Below, one piece after another: positions 53,407 through 63,099 of a DNA stretch of 64,000 nt. How positions within the stretch are numbered: the first letter of the stretch is position 1; every line of letters starts with the position of its first letter. The stretch comes from Chloroflexota bacterium (GTDB lineage: Bacteria; Chloroflexota; Dehalococcoidia; DSTF01; JACRBR01): NCBI GenBank assembly GCA_031400455.1, contig JANNPX010000010.1, forward strand, positions 32,054-96,053. The letters run 5' to 3'. Position numbers and translations under genes: made by a program. The notes under the pieces are model-generated. The model was not told the DNA's origin. It saw nothing but the letters and a program-made list of their open reading frames with translations, and ran no database searches.

Positions 53407-53976
53407 GTGGCGACGGAACTCCAAGAGCAGGTGGCGGAACGCGTCGAGCAGGCTATCGGCCCTCGTCGGCGGCTGCTCGACCACGACCCGGAGTACCGGG
53501 CGCTGAAGAAGCTGGCCGAACGCAATCGCCAACAGCCGCCGAAGACGCCGCTGGACGCGTTGCAGCACATCGTCGACATCGCGCGCGAGATGACCGACGG
53601 GACGTTCGGCGCGCTGGCGGTGACGGGAGAAGCCGACTACGTCGAGGGCTTCGTCGTCAGCGGGATGGACGAGAAGGCGCTGAGCACGCTGAAGGGACCG
53701 CCGCAAGGGCACGGTCCGCTCGGCACGATGCGCCAGGACGGGCTGCCGGTTCGGCTCGAGGATGTTGCGCTGCACGCGAAGGCATTCGGCTTCCCACCGA
53801 AGCATCCTGAGATGAAGGAGCTGCTGGGGCTGCCGATCTTCTCCGGCGCGACGGTGCGCGGTGCCCTGTACGTCACCGACCGCAAGGGCGGGCACGGCTT
53901 CGGCCCCGATGACGAGCAAGCGCTCACGGTACTGGCGCATCACGCGGGGCTGATCATCGAGGCGTCATGGTACTGA
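53407..53976 (+). CDS. GAF-domain protein
   Basis: ORF 53290..53976; probable GTG start after the hydrolase stop. GAF-like fold (FGALAVTGEADYVEGFVVSGMDE...LGLPIFSGATVRGALYV). Confidence 0.55.
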   Translation: MATELQEQVAERVEQAIGPRRRLLDHDPEYRALKKLAERNRQQPPKTPLDALQHIVDIAREMTDGTFGALAVTGEADYVEGFVVSGMDEKALSTLKGPPQGHGPLGTMRQDGLPVRLEDVALHAKAFGFPPKHPEMKELLGLPIFSGATVRGALYVTDRKGGHGFGPDDEQALTVLAHHAGLIIEASWY

Positions 53977-54061
53977 TCGCCGGGGAAACAGGGATTGCGC
54001 AGATTTCACGGATTAGAGGAAAGGTAGGATCGGGCGCTCCACGAGCCGATACTGAGTAGCG

Positions 54062-55180
54062 ATGATCATTGGCACCGTTCGCGAGATCAAGCCCGAAGAG
54101 TACCGTGTCGGCCTGACGCCGGAGGGCGCGCATGCGCTCGTCGACGCCGGCCATCGCGTGCTGGTTGAGACGCAGACCGGCGCGGGCGTCGGGTTCACTG
54201 ACGAAGCGTATGCCGCATGTGGCGCGACCGTCATCGAGAACGCGTGGGAGGTGTGGGCCCGCGCTGATCTGTTGGTGAAGGTGAAGGAGCCGCTGGAGCC
54301 GGAGCACTCGCTGGTGCGCGACAACCAGACGCTGTTCACGTACCTGCACCTCGCAGCTCTGCCGGAACTGACGCGCGTGTTGATCGCGTCGAAGGTGACG
54401 GCGATCGCCTACGAGACCGTGCAGCTCGCCGACGGATCGCTGCCGCTGCTGATCCCGATGAGCCAGATCGCCGGACGGATGGCGACCGAGATCGGCGCGC
54501 AGCACCTGCGCAAGCCCGGGCCGGGACGCGGCAAACTGATCTCCGGGTTGCCCGGCGCGCCGCCCGCGCACGTCGTCGTGCTTGGCGCGGGCATCGTGGC
54601 CGGGAACGCGATCGAGACGGCGATCCAGCTCGGCGCGCGCGTGACGGTGTTCGATACGCGGCTGGACAAGCTGCGCCACATCCAGGCGCTCGCGCCGGGG
54701 CGCACCACGGGTCTGATGTCCAGCCCGCTGGCGATCGCGAGCGCGTTGCGTGAGGCGGACATCCTGATCTGCGCCGTGCTAGTGCCGGGCGCAGCGGCGC
54801 CGCGGCTGGTGACCCGCGAGATGGTGCGCGGGATGGGGCCGGGCGCCGTCATCGTCGACGTTTCGATCGATCAGGGCGGCACGTGCGAGACGTCACGGCC
54901 GACGACGCACAGCGATCCGGTGTATGTAGAAGAGGGCGTCGTCCACTACTGCGTGGCGAACATGCCGGGCGCTGTGCCGATCACGTCGACAGCGGCGCTG
55001 ACGTCGGCGACGCTGCCGTACGTGCTGCAGTTGGCGAATCTTGGCACGCGTGAGGCGCTGCTTGCGGACGCCGCGTTGGCGAAGGGCGTGCTGGTCAGCG
55101 AAGGCGCCGTGACGTACGCCGCTCTCGCGGAGTCGTTGCAGATGCCGTACGTGCCGCTGGAGCAAGCGCTGCCCGCATAA
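54062..55180 (+). CDS. ald: alanine dehydrogenase
   Basis: [22 protein letters not shown] and the NAD-binding [13 protein letters not shown] motif. Confidence 0.9.
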   Translation: MIIGTVREIKPEEYRVGLTPEGAHALVDAGHRVLVETQTGAGVGFTDEAYAACGATVIENAWEVWARADLLVKVKEPLEPEHSLVRDNQTLFTYLHLAALPELTRVLIASKVTAIAYETVQLADGSLPLLIPMSQIAGRMATEIGAQHLRKPGPGRGKLISGLPGAPPAHVVVLGAGIVAGNAIETAIQLGARVTVFDTRLDKLRHIQALAPGRTTGLMSSPLAIASALREADILICAVLVPGAAAPRLVTREMVRGMGPGAVIVDVSIDQGGTCETSRPTTHSDPVYVEEGVVHYCVANMPGAVPITSTAALTSATLPYVLQLANLGTREALLADAALAKGVLVSEGAVTYAALAESLQMPYVPLEQALPA

Positions 55181-55183
55181 CGG

Positions 55184-55708
55184 CTAGGCGTCGACAGCCG
55201 CGAGGATCTTCGCAGCGTGCTGGATGTGATCCTCGTCGTGCACTCGCTGGAATGCCGCCCATTCGCGACAGTCGAGCGGGCCGAAGAACGGATGCGCGGG
55301 CTTGATCGACGTGTCGGGCGCGTCCGGCAGGCCGGTGATGGTCTCGAGCATTGCGGCGTTCGCGTCTCTCAGTTCGGCGACCCATCCCGCGAAGGGGCGA
55401 TCGTCGTCATCGACGGTCATGCCGATGCCGCCGGGCCGTGGCGGCGGCTCCTGGCCGCGGGCGGTGTGCCAGATGAGGCCCGTGACGAATCGCTGCGTCG
55501 TTACGACGTGGCGCGTGAGTTCGCGGATCGACCACTCGTCGTCGGCGGGCTTCTTCGCCGCGACGTCATCGGCGAGGGCTGAGATGACGTCGACGTAGCG
55601 TTGCTGGCTCGTGCGGACGAGGTCCGCCAGTGCGGCGCTCGATTTCGTGCCCTGGTGCTGGATGTAAGTCGTGACTCGCGCGCGGACGTCGTCGTTGAGC
55701 ATGGTCAT
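55184..55708 (-). CDS. DinB/DUF664 family protein
   Basis: DinB_2-like length, with the His triad pattern. Confidence 0.55.
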   Translation of the reverse strand: MTMLNDDVRARVTTYIQHQGTKSSAALADLVRTSQQRYVDVISALADDVAAKKPADDEWSIRELTRHVVTTQRFVTGLIWHTARGQEPPPRPGGIGMTVDDDDRPFAGWVAELRDANAAMLETITGLPDAPDTSIKPAHPFFGPLDCREWAAFQRVHDEDHIQHAAKILAAVDA

Positions 55709-55830
55709 GGTGTGAACCTCCGTGCGGCAAGTCTACGACCTGTCGCTACAGTTCTGCAAGTGACCTCCGCAGAGATGCCGCGCCCGGCAAGCCCTACTCT
55801 GCGTTCGCCCCCGCCGGTAATCTGTTCTCT

Positions 55831-57408
55831 ATGAAGAAGATCCTCGTCGCCGACCCCATCGCCCAGGATGGCATCGACATCCTGATGCGCGAAGCTGACG
55901 TAGACGTGCGGACGGGGCTGGCGCCGGCCGAGTTGCTGAAGATCATCTCTAACTACCAGGCGCTGGTCGTCCGCAGCGAGACGAAGGTGACGGCGGAGGT
56001 CTTTGCCGCAGGCAAGCAACTCCAGGCCGTGGGCCGCGCGGGCGTCGGCGTCGACAACATCGATCTGGCGGCGGCTACGGAGCGAGGCGTGATCGTTGTG
56101 AACGCTCCGCTGGGCAACACGATCTCCGCTGCCGAGCACGCGATTGGGCTGATGCTGGCACTGGCGCGGCACATTCCCGAGGCGAATGCCTCGCTCAAGG
56201 CGGGCGAGTGGAAGCGGTCGAGCTTCAAGGGCTACGAGGTGCGCGGCAAGACGCTCGGGCTCGTCGGCTTGGGCAACGTCGGCTCCGAGGTGGCGAAGCG
56301 CGCGAAGGGCCTCGACATGATCGTCGTGGCGCATGACCCATACATTTCGGCGGAGCGCGCCGCCGTGCTCGGCGTCGAGCTGGCGTCGTCGCTGGATGAG
56401 CTGCTGTCGCGCGCTGATTTCCTCTCGTTGCACACGGTCGCGCCGGATCAGATCATCGGCGAGCGCGAGCTGCTGAAGGCGAAGAAGTCGCTGCGTCTGA
56501 TCAACACCGCGCGCGGCAATCACGTTGATTACGACGCGCTGTCGCGTGCGATCGACGAAGGGCGCGTTGCGGGAGCGGCGCTGGATGTCTTCCCGGAGGA
56601 GCCGCCGGATATGGCCAGCCCGATCCTGCACAACGATGCCGTGATCGTCACGCCGCACCTGGGCGCGCTGACGGCGGAAGCGCAGGAACGCGTCGCCGTT
56701 GATGTTGCCGAGCAGATACTGGCGATCCTGCGGGGCGAACCGGCGCAGTACGCCGTCAACGCGCCTATGATCGCCGCTGAGACGATGACGGCGCTGGCGC
56801 CCTTCGTGCCGGTCGCGCTCACCGTCGCGCGGCTGGCGACGCAGCTCGCACACGGGCAGATGGGGAACATCGAGATCGACTACCTCGGCGAAATCGCCCA
56901 GCACGACACAACTCCGATCAAAGCGTCGGTGATCCGTGGCCTGCTGCAGGGCATCAGCGAAGAGAACGTGACCATCGTCAACGCGAATCTCATCGCGGAG
57001 ACGCGAGGAATGAAGATCGTCGAGCGTAAAGGGCCGGGGGAGGACGTGTACGCGAACCTCATCCGTGTCCACATCCACACGAGCGCAGGCGATACGGACA
57101 TCACCGGCACGGTGGCGCACGACGGCCCGCACATTGTGGCGATCAACGACTTCTGGGTGGATATCCCGCCGGGTCAGGGATGGCTGCTGCTCTGCGAGAA
57201 CCAGGACCAGCCGGGCATGATCGGCGCGGTCGGGACGTTTCTGGGCAAGCACGACATCAACATCAGCTTCATGCGCGTCGGCCGGACGGGCGTGCGCGGC
57301 AAGGCGCTGATGGCGGTGGGCATGGATGACCCGATCTCGCCCGAGCAGATCGAAGAGTTGCTGTCGATCCCGAATATCCTGTCGGCACGGGTAGCGCGCT
57401 TCGACTGA
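55831..57408 (+). CDS. serA: D-3-phosphoglycerate dehydrogenase (with ASB and ACT domains)
   Basis: 525 aa. 2-Hacid dehydrogenase motifs (GLVGLGNVG) and a C-terminal ACT domain. Confidence 0.9.
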   Translation: MKKILVADPIAQDGIDILMREADVDVRTGLAPAELLKIISNYQALVVRSETKVTAEVFAAGKQLQAVGRAGVGVDNIDLAAATERGVIVVNAPLGNTISAAEHAIGLMLALARHIPEANASLKAGEWKRSSFKGYEVRGKTLGLVGLGNVGSEVAKRAKGLDMIVVAHDPYISAERAAVLGVELASSLDELLSRADFLSLHTVAPDQIIGERELLKAKKSLRLINTARGNHVDYDALSRAIDEGRVAGAALDVFPEEPPDMASPILHNDAVIVTPHLGALTAEAQERVAVDVAEQILAILRGEPAQYAVNAPMIAAETMTALAPFVPVALTVARLATQLAHGQMGNIEIDYLGEIAQHDTTPIKASVIRGLLQGISEENVTIVNANLIAETRGMKIVERKGPGEDVYANLIRVHIHTSAGDTDITGTVAHDGPHIVAINDFWVDIPPGQGWLLLCENQDQPGMIGAVGTFLGKHDINISFMRVGRTGVRGKALMAVGMDDPISPEQIEELLSIPNILSARVARFD

Positions 57409-57459
57409 ATCGGATGGAGCGCGGGCGCCCCGCCCGTCCTACGCAGAGGGGAGAATGCT

Positions 57460-58608
57460 GTGATGCGCGCACGCGTGATGGCCGTCCTTTCACTTTCGAT
57501 TCTGCTGCTTGCGGGCGGCTGCGCGAACGAGGCCGGTGCGCCTGAGGCGACCGGCGTTCCGGCAACAGCGACGCGCCCTGCTGCCGCACCCGCGGCTAGT
57601 TCCGTCGCGACACTCGGCACCGCCGTCAGTTCGCCGCCTCAGGCAGCTTCGACGGCGACTCCTACGGTGATCACGCCCGCGCCTGCAGGCACATCGATCA
57701 CGATCAGTGCGGTTGGCGATATCAGCCTTGGGCGGCAGGTGGTCGAGCGCATGGAGGCGAACGGCGCGGACTACCCGTACGCGCTGATCGCCCCGCTGAT
57801 GACGGGCGATATCGGCCTCGCGAACCTCGAGGGGCCGCTGACGGATCGCGGCGAGATCTGGCCGAAAGGCTACAACTTCCGCACACCGCCGCGCTTCGCG
57901 CCGGGGCTGCTCGCGGGACGCTTCAACGTCGTATCGCTCGCCAACAACCACGCCATGGATTACAACGCGATCGGGCTGCAGGACACCATCGTCGCGCTCG
58001 ACGCCGCGGGCGTGAAGCACGCGGGCGGCGGCGACTCGCTCCAACAGGCGCTGATGCTCGATGTGCGCGGTGTACGGGTCGTGTTTCTCGCCTGCGCGCT
58101 GACGCCAGTCGAGGGCGGTGGCTTTGACATTCAAGCATGGGCAGTTCGGCCCGGCGTCATCGGGATCACCGTCTGCGATGCGGCTCTCATCGGCGAGCAA
58201 GTTGCCGCCGCGCGCCGGGTCGCCGACTTCGTCATCGTCGCCGTGCATGCGGGCGATGAGTACCGGAACGAGCCCAACGCAACGCAGCGCGATCTGGCCG
58301 ATGAGGCGTTGGCGGCTGGTGCTGACGTGTATCTTGGCGCGCACGCGCACGTCGTACAGCCAGTCGAGCAGCGGGGATCGCAGCTCATCGCGTGGGGGCT
58401 CGGGAACTTCATCTTCGACCTGGACGAGGTCGACCTGGCGAACATCCCCGAGCCGCGCGTGTCGCTGATCCTGAACGTGACGCTGACGACGGGCAGTGGC
58501 GTCACGGCATGGGATGCCGTGCCGGTCACGCAGGACGCGGAGGAAGATCGGCCGCGGCCGGCGACGGCGGACGAGGCAGCGATCCTGCGTGGGTTGATCG
58601 AGCCGTAA
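57460..58608 (+). CDS. CapA-family (PGA_cap) metallophosphatase-like lipoprotein
   Basis: Lipoprotein signal (LLLAGGCA). Motifs ISAVGDISLG, NLEGPLTD and NNHAMDY. Confidence 0.8.
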   Translation: MMRARVMAVLSLSILLLAGGCANEAGAPEATGVPATATRPAAAPAASSVATLGTAVSSPPQAASTATPTVITPAPAGTSITISAVGDISLGRQVVERMEANGADYPYALIAPLMTGDIGLANLEGPLTDRGEIWPKGYNFRTPPRFAPGLLAGRFNVVSLANNHAMDYNAIGLQDTIVALDAAGVKHAGGGDSLQQALMLDVRGVRVVFLACALTPVEGGGFDIQAWAVRPGVIGITVCDAALIGEQVAAARRVADFVIVAVHAGDEYRNEPNATQRDLADEALAAGADVYLGAHAHVVQPVEQRGSQLIAWGLGNFIFDLDEVDLANIPEPRVSLILNVTLTTGSGVTAWDAVPVTQDAEEDRPRPATADEAAILRGLIEP

Positions 58609-58636
58609 GCAAGCGTCGAGCGAGCTAGGTCGTGGC

Positions 58637-58654
58637 GAGGGCTTTCAGCCCGCG
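58637..58654. repeat. REP-like palindromic element, copy 5 (reverse orientation, imperfect)
   Basis: gagggctttcagcccgcg, the reverse complement of CGCGGGCTGAAAGCCCTC. Lies 3' of the CapA-family gene. Confidence 0.5.
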
Positions 58655-58679
58655 TCGTGCGCGTCGCAAGGAGAGCATC

Positions 58680-59474
58680 GTGGATCTGGGACTACGTGAC
58701 CGTGTCGCGATCGTCGGCGGAGCTAGCGAAGGTATCGGGCGTGCGACGGCAAAGATGCTGGCGATGGAGGGGTGCCGGATCGTGCTCGCGGCGCGGCGCG
58801 AGGCTCAGCTGGAGATGGCGGTTGAACGTCTGCGTGCAAGAGTCCCCGGGGCAGCGATCATCGGCGCGTCGTGCGACATGTCGTCCCAGGCAGACATCGA
58901 GCGGCTGGTGGCGCGCACCGTCGCGGAGTTCGGAGGCATCGATATCGTCGTGAACAACGCCGGTGGGCCGCCGTTCGGCCGGTTCGAGCAGCACGACGAC
59001 GATGCCTGGCGCAAAGCGATCGACACGAACCTGATGAGCGTCGTCTGGACGACGCGCGAGGCGCTGCCGTACCTCAAGCAGTCGGAGCAGGGGCGGATCA
59101 TCAACATCACGTCGGTGGCGGTGAAGGAGCCGATCGACGGGCTGATTCTCTCGAATTCCGTGCGGGCGGCGACGACGGGGCTGGCGAAGACGCTCTCGAA
59201 GGAGCTGGGGCCGTCGGGCATCACGGTGAACAACGTCGCGCCGGGGTGGACGCTGACGGACCGCATGCGGCCGATCATCGAAGCGCAGGCGCAGGCAGAA
59301 GGCCGTCCGTTCAACGACGTACGCGACGAGCGGGCGCGGCGCATTCCTGTACAGCGCCTCGGTGAGGCGGAGGATGTCGCCGCGACGATCGTCTTCCTCG
59401 CGTCGGCACAGGCGCGTCAGATCACGGGGCAGACAATCACGGTCGATGGCGGCGCCGGGGCTGCGTTGATGTGA
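58680..59474 (+). CDS. SDR-family oxidoreductase (3-oxoacyl-ACP reductase-like)
   Basis: ORF 58632..59474. GTG at 58680 preceded by AAGGAGAG. Motifs VGGASEGIG and NNAG, with a catalytic triad. Confidence 0.8.
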   Translation: MDLGLRDRVAIVGGASEGIGRATAKMLAMEGCRIVLAARREAQLEMAVERLRARVPGAAIIGASCDMSSQADIERLVARTVAEFGGIDIVVNNAGGPPFGRFEQHDDDAWRKAIDTNLMSVVWTTREALPYLKQSEQGRIINITSVAVKEPIDGLILSNSVRAATTGLAKTLSKELGPSGITVNNVAPGWTLTDRMRPIIEAQAQAEGRPFNDVRDERARRIPVQRLGEAEDVAATIVFLASAQARQITGQTITVDGGAGAALM

Positions 59475-59502
59475 GGGGAGTTCGCAGTTTTCAGTTCGCA
59501 GT

Positions 59503-59790
59503 TCACAGTGGGCCCTCATGAACGTCGGCGAGTTCCAGTAGTTCGGCGACGGCGCCAGACTCCGCTAGCAGCGGCAGGTGCTCGACGCGGACCGGGTCGG
59601 CGCGGTAGGCGTCCAGCGCTTGCTGCGACGGGAACGACAGCATGTGCACTTCGATACGGCCGTCGGCGCTCCGCAGGCGGCGTTCGAGCTTACCGCCGTA
59701 GTTCGGCATCAGCGGCAGCACGGCGGACTCGAATCGCTGAAACGCTGTGACGCCCTCGGCGGGGATGCGCACGATCTGCACGAGCATCAT
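59503..59790 (-). CDS. small hypothetical protein, possibly DUF1330-like
   Basis: 95 aa. Weak resemblance to DUF1330 (YGG...; SFPSQQALDAYRADP). Confidence 0.35.
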   Translation of the reverse strand: MMLVQIVRIPAEGVTAFQRFESAVLPLMPNYGGKLERRLRSADGRIEVHMLSFPSQQALDAYRADPVRVEHLPLLAESGAVAELLELADVHEGPL

Positions 59791-59820
59791 GAGTGAGTCC
59801 TTCGAGGCAGCGCGTTGGGA

Positions 59821-60360
59821 TCAGGCGTAGCCGTCGGCGGCGGTCTCCCAGCCGGGGACGAACTTGCGCCACTCCTCCTCGCTGCTCAGGTAGGGATAGA
59901 CGACGTAGTAGCTCGTGACGCGCGGCTGGTACGGCTCCGTCAGCAGCAGCATCTTCGCTTCTTGCGGCGTGCGGCCTGCCTTGCGATGGTTGCATGACTT
60001 GCAGGCCGTCACGAGGTTCTCCCACGTGTGCCGGCCGCCTCGAAAGCGCGGGTTCACGTGATCGAGCGTGAGGTCGCGCTGGCCGCGACGGCCGCAATAC
60101 TGGCAGGTGTAGCGGTCGCGGTTGAAGACTTCGCGGCGCGAAAGCCGCATCTGCGGGCGCGGCCGCTTGATCAGGTGCATCAGCCGGATAACGGAAGGCA
60201 GCGGGAACGCGCGAGTCGCCGAGCGCAGATGGCCGAGGCCGTGCTCCAGCACTTCCGCCTTGCCCCGGTCGACGAGAACGAATGCTCGCGTCGCGTTGCA
60301 GACGTTTAGCGGTTCGTAGTTCTGATTAAGGACGAGGACGTTCGTCGCTGTCATCGCCAT
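59821..60360 (-). CDS. HNH endonuclease
   Basis: CQYCG...LTLDHVNP...N...CKSCNHRK zinc-finger/HNH motif. Confidence 0.8.
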   Translation of the reverse strand: MAMTATNVLVLNQNYEPLNVCNATRAFVLVDRGKAEVLEHGLGHLRSATRAFPLPSVIRLMHLIKRPRPQMRLSRREVFNRDRYTCQYCGRRGQRDLTLDHVNPRFRGGRHTWENLVTACKSCNHRKAGRTPQEAKMLLLTEPYQPRVTSYYVVYPYLSSEEEWRKFVPGWETAADGYA

Positions 60361-60509
60361 TCCAATCGTGCCGAATCATATCAAAGCGCGAAAACGGCAG
60401 GCAACGATCGGCTGGAGGCTGTACACAACGAGCCCGTGTGCCTAGAATCGCCCTGATTCACGAATAACACTCCGGCACAACCCGGCGTCAAGCATGAGAG
60501 GACATCCAA

Positions 60510-60992
60510 ATGGCCACGCGCGAAGAAGTGATCAACGGTCTGTCAATGCTGATCCAGGAGGGGCACCGGGTCGCCAACGACCTGACGGACGCCCAATGGG
60601 ATCTCGTCGTGGACCTGGACGGCTGGAAGGCCCGCGAAGTGCTCGCGCACATCGCCGGCGTAGGCGGCATGGTCGTGCCGATGGTCAGCGGTATCGTGAG
60701 TGCGCCCGCCGGCTCGGATGGATTCGCCGGGATCGACATCGACCAGATCAACGCAGGCGTCGTCGCGTCGAAGGCCGGCAAGACCGCCAAGGAGCTTGCG
60801 GACGAGCTTGAAACCGCATATCGCGGCGTGATCGACTTCGTGAAGAACGCGCCGGACGACGTGCTGGCGAAGCGCGTGACGGTAGCGGGGTACAAGGACG
60901 TGCCGGTCAGCGACATCGCGATCCGGATGGTCGTGATGCACGGCCTCGCGCACATCTACAGCGTGTACAGCAGCGTCATGAACGCTCGCTGA
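60510..60992 (+). CDS. DinB-family / MDMPI_N-like protein
   Basis: 160 aa. N-terminal mycothiol maleylpyruvate isomerase-like helix bundle pattern. Confidence 0.5.
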   Translation: MATREEVINGLSMLIQEGHRVANDLTDAQWDLVVDLDGWKAREVLAHIAGVGGMVVPMVSGIVSAPAGSDGFAGIDIDQINAGVVASKAGKTAKELADELETAYRGVIDFVKNAPDDVLAKRVTVAGYKDVPVSDIAIRMVVMHGLAHIYSVYSSVMNAR

Positions 60993-61003
60993 GGCACGCC
61001 CGC

Positions 61004-61510
61004 ATGGAAGACGCCGCTATCGCCGCTGCACTCGACGTGTTCGCATCGACCCCGGCTACGCTGCGCGCGTTGTTGACGACGCTGCCCGACGAGATCACGT
61101 CCGCGCCGGCGGATGAAAGCTGGTCGCCGCGCGATGTCGTCGCCCATCTCGCATCGCTGGACCCGCTGACGATGGTCGGGCGGGTGCGGGCGATCGTCGA
61201 GCAGGATGCGCCCGCGCTGCCGGAGATCGATGAGCACCAGGTGCTCGAGCAATCCGGGCTGCGCTCGCTGCCCCTGGTCGAGGTTCTGGATCGGATGACA
61301 CGCCAGCGTGCGGAAGCGCTGCCGTGGCTGCGCGCCCTCACGCCCGTGCAACTCCGTCGCACGGGCGTCCACGGTGCGATAGGCGAGCTCAGCGCGGCGG
61401 AGATCATCCATCACAAAGGCTGGCACGACCTGCTGCACATCCAGCAGATCTGCCGCATGCTGGCCATCCCGCTGGACGCCGGCAGCGGAGCCATGCGCCA
61501 GTACCACTGA
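61004..61510 (+). CDS. DinB/DUF664 family protein
   Basis: 168 aa. Motifs HLASLD and HDLLHIQQI. Confidence 0.55.
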   Translation: MEDAAIAAALDVFASTPATLRALLTTLPDEITSAPADESWSPRDVVAHLASLDPLTMVGRVRAIVEQDAPALPEIDEHQVLEQSGLRSLPLVEVLDRMTRQRAEALPWLRALTPVQLRRTGVHGAIGELSAAEIIHHKGWHDLLHIQQICRMLAIPLDAGSGAMRQYH

Positions 61511-61717
61511 GCCACGGACCCGCGGCGATGGGCGTTTGGCCCGTTCGGTCCAGCTCGCAATGAAATCTCCGCGTCGGCACGTCATAACGCTATTGACGCG
61601 CGCGCTGATCAGCGTATGATTTGATAAGAAGCACACACGCTTTACTCTAACCTCGTCGCACTACTTCCGCCGGCCCGGTGAGCCGGCACGTCTATCCGCG
61701 CGCAAGGAGTTCCGCTC

Positions 61718-62776
61718 ATGTTTCGAGCATGGATGCAGCCGTTGGTCGTCGCCGCGCTCGTCGCGCTGGCTGGGGGGTCCATCATTGTGGCGCGGCTCGT
61801 CGATCCCGCGGACGTGTCGGCGCACGTTGCGCCATCGCCAACGGCGCCAAGCGGGACACGCACCGCCGAAGCGACCCACGGCCCGCAGGGGACGCGCACG
61901 GTCCTAGCCACGCGTACGGCCGTCCCGACGACGACGGCGGCCGCGACCCGCACGACGACCGTCGGCAGCACGCGCACGTCAACCAGTGGTACGAAGACAT
62001 CCGTGCCGACGGCGAGCACGACGGCGGAGGCGACTGGCGAACCGACGGAGACGACAACGCCGGCGAACGACACGCCGACGCCGGACTCTGAATCCAGTGC
62101 GACTCCCACGCCAGCATCTGGTGACACGCCGACGCCAGCATCCGGCGACACGCCGACACCCGCGTCCGGTGACACGCCCACCCCCACGCCGGCATCCGGT
62201 GAGACGCCGACTCCGGCGACCGGTGATACCCCCACGCCGGCGTCGGAAGATACTCCGACCCCGGCATCGGAAGACACGCCGACTCCGGCATCCGAAGACA
62301 CCGCCACGCCTGTACCGACGGCTACGGCTACGACCGGCGCCGAAGGCTCGGTTACGCCGCTGTCGACGGAGACGCCCACGGCCACCAACACCGCAGTCGG
62401 AAGCACCAACACACCTGTTCCAACCTCGAGCGCGACTCAGAGCGCGGGCACAAGCACCCCGGCCAATACGGCGACGCGCACCCGGACGCCGAATGCGACT
62501 TCGACGACCATTGCCAAGACGAACACCGCCGTGGCGCGGACGTCAACGGCAGCGGCATCGCAAACGGCCCCGGCGGCGACGACGACGCAGGTTCGCGTGG
62601 TGCTCGAGAACGTCGCGACGCCGTCTCGCGACCGCACCATCGCCGTGCTGCCCGAGGCGGGGAGCGGGGGCGGTCCCGGAGGCCTGGGTGACGGACTGCT
62701 CGTGCTGGCGATGGGCGCTGCGGGCTTGCTCGGTGGCGCGATCGTCGTCACGGCGCGTCGCCGTCGCGTGGAGTAG
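61718..62776 (+). CDS. secreted Pro/Thr-repeat surface protein with C-terminal LPEAG-TM-RRRR sorting-like signal
   Basis: Signal peptide. (GDTPTPAS)n and PT-rich repeats. C-terminus VLPEAGSGGGPGGLGDGLLVLAMGAAGLLGGAIVVTARRRRVE. Confidence 0.6.
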   Translation: MFRAWMQPLVVAALVALAGGSIIVARLVDPADVSAHVAPSPTAPSGTRTAEATHGPQGTRTVLATRTAVPTTTAAATRTTTVGSTRTSTSGTKTSVPTASTTAEATGEPTETTTPANDTPTPDSESSATPTPASGDTPTPASGDTPTPASGDTPTPTPASGETPTPATGDTPTPASEDTPTPASEDTPTPASEDTATPVPTATATTGAEGSVTPLSTETPTATNTAVGSTNTPVPTSSATQSAGTSTPANTATRTRTPNATSTTIAKTNTAVARTSTAAASQTAPAATTTQVRVVLENVATPSRDRTIAVLPEAGSGGGPGGLGDGLLVLAMGAAGLLGGAIVVTARRRRVE

Positions 62777-62889
62777 CGTCACGGCACCAGATTCGCTGCG
62801 GCTTGTCGCTGCTGCGTGAAGATGCGGAAAGGCTCGCGCGATCCGCGCGAGCCCTCGCCGTTGTGCTCGTAGAGAGCGCTGGCTCTCGA

Positions 62890-62964
62890 ATGGACGTAAT
62901 GGCTCCCTGGGCAGGACTCGAACCTACAACAAATCGGTTAACAGCCGATTGCTCTACCATTGAG
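62890..62964 (-). tRNA. tRNA-Asn (anticodon GTT)
   Basis: Reverse complement folds as a cloverleaf: acceptor UCCCUGG/CCAGGGA, D-arm GCUC...GAGC, anticodon stem AUCGG/CCGAU with loop CU-GUU-AA, T-arm GUAGG-UUCGAGU-CCUGC, and encoded CCA. Confidence 0.8.
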
Positions 62965-63099
62965 CTACCAGGGAATGGCACTCGGGACTTGCGTCCGGCG
63001 ATGGCATCGTAACGAATCTGTTGCCCCCTCTCAAGACGGGTTGTCCCTCACTCTTGCCGCTGCACACCTCTGCTACGATTGATCGAAAGGCAGGTGGAG

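Noticed and set aside
55705-57252. 515-aa minus-strand ORF antisense to serA
   Set aside because: It is fully contained within conserved serA on the opposite strand.
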